From positions 28,098 through 92,097 of the forward strand of contig JAGVTU010000003.1 in assembly GCA_019136655.1 (NCBI GenBank): a stretch of 64,000 nucleotides of DNA, read 5' to 3'. The position numbers and the translations under genes were made by a program. Below are positions 59,252-64,000 of this stretch, piece after piece. Origin of the DNA: Bacteroidota bacterium. Lineage in GTDB: Bacteria; Bacteroidota; Bacteroidia; AKYH767-A; OLB10. The notes beneath the pieces were generated by a model. The model was not told the DNA's origin and did no database searches. It saw nothing but the letters and a program-made list of their open reading frames with translations. How positions within the stretch are numbered: the first letter of the stretch is position 1; each line of letters starts with the position of its first letter.

Positions 59252-60169
59252 ATGAAAAAATATCCAATAACAACTTTCGTGATTTTTGCCATGTTAATAT
59301 CCTGGGCAGGTTGGATACCATTCGCTGCTACACAAGCCGGTTTATGGACTGTCAAAGTGCCTGCAGAGCTGGTTTGGCTTGCAGAATTTGGACCAACATT
59401 GTCAGCATTTATTGTTACATGGTTGGTTTATAGCAAAACAGGCATCAGTAATTTAATGAAGAGATTGTTGATGTGGAAGGTAAATTACAAATGGTATTTG
59501 TTGGCGATTTTTATAACTCCGGTTTTTATTTTGTTAAGCATTGGTATTGATATTTTATTTTTCGGAACAAAGTACGACTGGTCTTTATTGAATGATTGGG
59601 ACAAAAATTTCATTACTCGTACGGAAGCATTTACTCCTTCATTAGGATTGATTTCCGGAATTGTTTCGTTTATGAAAACAGGAACCCTTGCAACAGCATT
59701 GATGTTTCTGTTGCTTGCCCTCACCAATGGTGGATTATCAGAAGAAGTAGGATGGCGAGGTTTTGCTTTGAAGGAATTTCAGCGCAAGCCATATAATATA
59801 TTACTTACAAGTTTGTTTGTTGCAATTCTTTGGGCAGTATGGCATACTGGTACATTATTCTGGAAAACCATGATGACATCCAGCTTCAGCGAAGGACTGT
59901 TGTTTGCATTTACTTATTTGTTGCAATATCTGTTGTTAATATTTCCTCTATCGGTAATTTATACAGTTTTGGTCAATGGAACAGGAGGCAGTATTTTTCT
60001 TGCAATTATTCTGCATGCATTTTACAATATTTCAATTTCAGTTATTACGGCAGCTTTCCCTGGTTTTCCAATGTTAACATTTGTGATTTGTATGTTGGTG
60101 TTTTCCATCATCCTTATTGTAGCATTATGGAGAAACAATACATACAATAAGTGTTTACAGTCAGTATAA
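59252..60169 (+). CDS. CPBP family intramembrane metalloprotease (CAAX protease/Abi)
   Basis: EEVGWRGF motif 1, FWAVWH motif 2, and a conserved His in the HAFYN region. Polytopic. The ATG at 59252 is preferred over the TTG at 59219. Confidence 0.7.
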   Translation: MKKYPITTFVIFAMLISWAGWIPFAATQAGLWTVKVPAELVWLAEFGPTLSAFIVTWLVYSKTGISNLMKRLLMWKVNYKWYLLAIFITPVFILLSIGIDILFFGTKYDWSLLNDWDKNFITRTEAFTPSLGLISGIVSFMKTGTLATALMFLLLALTNGGLSEEVGWRGFALKEFQRKPYNILLTSLFVAILWAVWHTGTLFWKTMMTSSFSEGLLFAFTYLLQYLLLIFPLSVIYTVLVNGTGGSIFLAIILHAFYNISISVITAAFPGFPMLTFVICMLVFSIILIVALWRNNTYNKCLQSV

Positions 60170-60374
60170 TTAGAGTCTTATTATCATGGAAAGAACCAAC
60201 TGTATTTAACACAGGGTATCAAGCAGTATAGCTGAGTGATTAATGTATAGCCATAAATGGTGATGTTATTAATTACATTTTCTCTCCACCTGATATGGTG
60301 AACTATAAAAAAATAATGCCGGTTCGCTTCTGCGCACATTCTGCAATTTTATCTTTGCATTATTATTTTAGAAA

Positions 60375-61916
60375 ATGCAACGAAGAATAAGAACACGTTT
60401 TGCGCCAAGCCCTACCGGCCCGCTGCACATGGGTGGTGTGCGCACTGCATTATATGCTTATCTGTTTGCCAAAAAAAATGGCGGAGATTTTTTATTGAGA
60501 ATTGAAGATACCGATCAGAACCGTTTTGTTCCCGGTGCTGAAGATTATATTATTGAAGCGTTGCACTGGTGCGGAATACATATTGATGAAGGTGTTTCCG
60601 TAGGAGGGCCACATGCTCCCTATCGGCAGAGTGAGCGGAAAGAAAAATACCGTCAGTATGCATTGCAGCTGATAGAGTCAGGTCATGCCTATTATGCATT
60701 TGATACGGCAGCTGAGCTGGAACAACAGCGTAAAATCGCAGAAGAGAAAAAACAAACATTTGCCTACGGCAGTGCCACCAGAATGAACCTGAAAAACTCT
60801 CTTACACTCAGTGCTGACGAAACTCAAAAACTGCTGGATGACGGTGTGCCTCATGTCATACGTTTGAAAGTGCCTGCTGATGAAACCATCGTTTTTACTG
60901 ATCTCATTCGTGGTGAAGTGCAGTTTAATTCATCACTTGTTGATGATAAGGTACTGCTCAAGAGTGATGGCATGCCAACCTATCATCTCGCCCACATTGT
61001 GGACGACTATCAGATGGAAATTACGCATGCCATTCGTGGTGAAGAGTGGTTACCATCTGCACCGGCACATATTCTTACGTATCAGTATCTGAACTGGCAA
61101 GATAAGATGCCTCAGTATGCACATTTGCCATTGTTGCTGAAACCGGATGGCAAAGGAAAACTCAGCAAACGCGATGGCGACAGGCTTGGATTTCCTGTTT
61201 TTCCTCTGGAGTGGAAGGATCCCTTCAGCGGAGAAATTTCAAATGGCTATCGCGAAAAAGGATATTACCCCGAAGCGTTTATCAATATGCTTGCAATGCT
61301 GGGATGGAATCCCGGTACGGAACAGGAACTGTTTACCATGGATGAACTTGTGCAAGCATTTTCATTCGACCATGTGCATAAAGCAGGAGCACGTTTCGAT
61401 CCTGAAAAAGCAGTATGGTACAATGCACAGTGGCTGCAAAGGCAGAATGATGATGACTTGGCTGAACGATTAAGTAAATATGTTCAGCAGCATTTTAAAC
61501 TTTCAGAAGGCCATCATTGTCTCGAAAAAGTCTATCTCAAAGAATGTGTTCGATTGCTAAAACCACGTATTCAGTTTGAGCAGGAGATGATTGCCAAAGG
61601 CGAGTATCTTTTTGTAGCACCAACTGAATATGACAATGCAGTCATCAGCAAACGATGGAAGCCTGCACTGCAACCATTCTATAATAATTTACTCTCGGCT
61701 TGGGAAGAAGTTAAAACATTTGATGCTGCTGAAGCAGAACAGACTTTTAAAAACACTGCAGAAAAAAATAACCTGAAACCGGGCGAGGCGTTGCAACTTA
61801 CCAGAGTATTTGTGAGCGGACAGGCTCAGGGAGTAGATTTATTTCCTATGATTGCATTGCTGGGCAAAACGGAAGTATTGCAGCGTGTGAAATCAGCTTT
61901 GAGCAAAATGAGTTAA
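60375..61916 (+). CDS. gltX: glutamate--tRNA ligase
   Basis: RFAPSPTGPLHMGG (HIGH-class motif). KLSKRDG (KMSKS). 513 aa. Confidence 0.95.
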   Translation: MQRRIRTRFAPSPTGPLHMGGVRTALYAYLFAKKNGGDFLLRIEDTDQNRFVPGAEDYIIEALHWCGIHIDEGVSVGGPHAPYRQSERKEKYRQYALQLIESGHAYYAFDTAAELEQQRKIAEEKKQTFAYGSATRMNLKNSLTLSADETQKLLDDGVPHVIRLKVPADETIVFTDLIRGEVQFNSSLVDDKVLLKSDGMPTYHLAHIVDDYQMEITHAIRGEEWLPSAPAHILTYQYLNWQDKMPQYAHLPLLLKPDGKGKLSKRDGDRLGFPVFPLEWKDPFSGEISNGYREKGYYPEAFINMLAMLGWNPGTEQELFTMDELVQAFSFDHVHKAGARFDPEKAVWYNAQWLQRQNDDDLAERLSKYVQQHFKLSEGHHCLEKVYLKECVRLLKPRIQFEQEMIAKGEYLFVAPTEYDNAVISKRWKPALQPFYNNLLSAWEEVKTFDAAEAEQTFKNTAEKNNLKPGEALQLTRVFVSGQAQGVDLFPMIALLGKTEVLQRVKSALSKMS

Positions 61917-61988
61917 ATATTTTCCGGAAGAATACAACAGGTTTTTCAACTTAAATTCAATGGCGAAACAAGTTGAAGAAAAAATTAC

Positions 61989-63587
61989 TCAATATGGATT
62001 AGCAAGAATTATACTGCTGTATGGTCCAATAGTAAGTTTCAAAGTATTGCTGTTGTATAATGTTTCGCGCGAAGTCTGAAAAATAACCTTCATTAGTAAC
62101 TTATCCTTTTCATTCAGTGTGACTGTTATTGGTGTTGCTGTTATGTTATTCACTACTAAATATTGCTGCATATTGTAATTGCGGTAATAAGCCAACAACC
62201 CTTTGCCACAGAGTTCCGATTTTTCAAACGATCCAAACTTCAGTGCAGGAGAATTATTGCGTATTTGTATCATTCTGACATAGTGGTTGTAAAGCGAAGT
62301 GTCCTCCGGAATTTGCATATAGGCAGGAACAACAGTTTTGTCGGTGCTGTATTTTGGTTTCTCCCAGCGTGGACGCATGTTATCTGTTTTCTCACTGTAA
62401 AATAACATGGGCTCTCTGATGTATTCATCAGGTTTCATTCCTCTCATTCCTATTTCTTCGCCATAATAAATATAAGGAATTCCCGGAAGAGTTAACAAAA
62501 TGGTTGCAGCAATTCGTGCTTTTGGAAAACTGTTATTCAGTTCACTCATCACTCTGTTCTGATCGTGATTTGTCAGAAAAATAATATCCTTATAATCTTT
62601 GTTTGCAACGGAATAGTGCGAGATTATTTTTTCCATTTTATTGGTAAATCCTGATGCATCTTCTTTCTTAAGCGACTGAACAACCTCATCAGCCAGAGTA
62701 AAATCAAAACAGGCATCCAGCGGTTTTAAATAAGGCGCAACCATGTCGAATGAATTATTTACTTCTCCTGCAAGAAAAACAGATTTATTGAGATTTTTAA
62801 CGTAAGCTGAAATCATTGTCCAGAATCCGATGTTCTTGTTTACATCATTAAAAATATGCTGTGCTGCATCTAATCTGAAACCGTCCACACCTTTATCCAA
62901 CCAGAATTTTAAAATACGTTTAGCCTCCTCCACAACTTTTGGATTGTCGTAGTTCCAGTCGGGCATTTCAGGACTGAAAAAACCATAGTAATACGATTTG
63001 CCAATATTTTTTCCTTTAGCATCTTTAGGCAAATGCCATTGCGATTTTTCATTTGCGGGCGGATGGTCTGTCCAGATAAAATAATTTCTGTATTCGCTGT
63101 TTACATCTTTTGCTGCATTCACAAACCAGGGATGTCTGTTGCTGCAATGATTGAGAGGAATGTCGAGAATTACTTTGAAACCCTGATCATGCGCATCTTT
63201 TATAAAGTAAGAAAACGATTCCGTGGTTCCGTATTCCGGTGACAAAGAATAATAGTCTGTTACATCGTATTTATGGTAAGATGGAGAAGCAAAAACCGGA
63301 CTTATAAGAATAGCTTCCACACCCAGTTTTTTGAGATAATCCCATCGGGCTGTGATGCCCTTTAGGTCGCCAATGCCGTCACCGTTGCCATCGCAAAACG
63401 AACGAACGAAAATATGATAGGTTACCGATTGTGGCCAGTGGGCATTGGAGGGTTCTTTGGTTAGGGTTGCCTGATTTTGACCTTGTGTTGCCGTCATCGA
63501 AAACAATAAAATAATAAAGAGAATAAACTTATTCATTGTGAAATTTAAAAGGAACAGCGATATTAAACAAAAAGTATGAGCAGTCAA
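61989..63587 (-). CDS. GH13 alpha-amylase family glycoside hydrolase (secreted)
   Basis: Signal peptide, likely from the internal MNKFILFIILLF. GH13 catalytic regions GDGIGDLKGI, GFKVILDIPLNH and GFRLDAA. Confidence 0.8.
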   Translation of the reverse strand: MTAHTFCLISLFLLNFTMNKFILFIILLFSMTATQGQNQATLTKEPSNAHWPQSVTYHIFVRSFCDGNGDGIGDLKGITARWDYLKKLGVEAILISPVFASPSYHKYDVTDYYSLSPEYGTTESFSYFIKDAHDQGFKVILDIPLNHCSNRHPWFVNAAKDVNSEYRNYFIWTDHPPANEKSQWHLPKDAKGKNIGKSYYYGFFSPEMPDWNYDNPKVVEEAKRILKFWLDKGVDGFRLDAAQHIFNDVNKNIGFWTMISAYVKNLNKSVFLAGEVNNSFDMVAPYLKPLDACFDFTLADEVVQSLKKEDASGFTNKMEKIISHYSVANKDYKDIIFLTNHDQNRVMSELNNSFPKARIAATILLTLPGIPYIYYGEEIGMRGMKPDEYIREPMLFYSEKTDNMRPRWEKPKYSTDKTVVPAYMQIPEDTSLYNHYVRMIQIRNNSPALKFGSFEKSELCGKGLLAYYRNYNMQQYLVVNNITATPITVTLNEKDKLLMKVIFQTSRETLYNSNTLKLTIGPYSSIILANPY

Positions 63588-63596
63588 TGATTAGCT

Positions 63597-63968
63597 TTGC
63601 AGCAAATTAAGTTTTCTATGCAACAACTGCTCATTTCAGGAATAGAATTATATGCCTTTCACGGATGCCTGCCCGAAGAGCGAATCATTGGCACATATTA
63701 TACGGTTGATGTTTGTTTTACCGGAAATTTTGATGCCGCCATTGCATCAGACAACCTTTCAACGGCTGTAGATTATGTAAGAGTGAGTGAAATAGTGAAG
63801 GCTGAAATGCTGATACCCTCCAACCTTATTGAGCATGTAGGCGGCCGCATACTCAGGTCGTTGCGTGTTGAATTTCCTTCCTGCGAAAAAATTAAAGTGT
63901 CTGTGGCTAAAAAAAATCCGCCTTCTCATATAGGTTTTAATAAAGCTGTATTTGTGATAGAAGGATAA
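63597..63968 (+). CDS. folB: dihydroneopterin aldolase
   Basis: FolB-family motifs (GIELYAFHGCLPEER; DYVRVSE) in a protein of about 120 aa. Confidence 0.8.
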   Translation: MQQIKFSMQQLLISGIELYAFHGCLPEERIIGTYYTVDVCFTGNFDAAIASDNLSTAVDYVRVSEIVKAEMLIPSNLIEHVGGRILRSLRVEFPSCEKIKVSVAKKNPPSHIGFNKAVFVIEG

Positions 63969-64000
63969 TTATTCAATTTAAAGTAACAATCGCCCTCAAA

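Noticed and set aside
61925-61965. Hairpin TTCAACTT...AAGTTGAA between gltX and the amylase gene as a terminator
   Set aside because: The stem is only 8 bp with a 16-nt loop, and there is no downstream T-run on either strand. Not convincing as an intrinsic terminator.
1-64000. CRISPR arrays, tRNA/rRNA genes, transposases, integrases, phage genes
   Set aside because: I scanned every ORF-free stretch of about 100 bp or longer. These are 1-275, 4902-5080, 14477-14891, 15828-16080, 39443-39924, 47985-48170, 48552-48670, 58964-59218, 60170-60374 and 61917-61988. I found no regularly spaced direct repeats, no tRNA-like GTTC-arm signatures, and no recombinase or transposase motifs among the ORFs.

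Overview
This 64 kb window looks like a chromosomal segment from a Bacteroidota genome. The evidence is several T9SS C-terminal sorting domains, a YwqK/MORN-repeat protein, and a match to the Bacteroidota -7 promoter box TAnnTTTG. The segment is gene-dense, with about 60 protein-coding genes on both strands. I found no rRNA, tRNA, CRISPR array, transposase or integrase.

Main content, in order along the window:
(i) 276-4901: a tightly coupled 8-gene plus-strand operon. It encodes an Rrf2 regulator, a small hypothetical protein, a group III truncated hemoglobin, a 4-TM membrane protein, a tryptophan-2,3-dioxygenase-family heme protein, a SAM methyltransferase, the di-iron repair protein RIC (YtfE/ScdA) and azurin. 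It ends in a clean rho-independent terminator. The combination looks like an NO / nitrosative-stress / denitrification accessory operon.
(ii) 5-24 kb: housekeeping genes (YggS, MutY, RsmI, ComF, RidA, DinB-family proteins, YfhO). This stretch also holds a large hybrid sensor kinase, an unknown 487-aa all-helical protein, and two convergent coiled-coil envelope proteins.
(iii) 26.0-30.8 kb: an ECF sigma factor, an anti-sigma-like single-TM protein that unexpectedly ends in a T9SS type-B sorting domain, and a 1094-aa cell-surface protein with six tandem Ig-like repeats and the same sorting domain.
(iv) 30.9-40.4 kb: metF, a MerR/B12-like regulator, a thioredoxin with a CEPC active site, RNase R, nadA and nadD (with a MORN-repeat gene between them), and rpiB.
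(v) 41.1-48.6 kb: a complete clade-II (Sec-type) nitrous-oxide reductase cluster on the minus strand. It runs hypothetical membrane protein, cytochrome c, nosZ, a fasciclin-domain protein, a NosB-like membrane protein, nosL, nosD, nosF, nosY. Two tandem copies of the palindrome TGATAATTATCA sit upstream of a Bacteroidota-type -7 box.
(vi) 48.6-63.97 kb: peptidases (M28, M1), an orphan LutB-like Fe-S protein, TrhO, two convergent deacetylase + FemAB/GNAT-like gene pairs, a CPBP protease flanked by a repeated about 30-nt motif, gltX, a GH13 amylase and folB.

All calls rest on reading the translated ORFs and the DNA by eye. No database searches were run.
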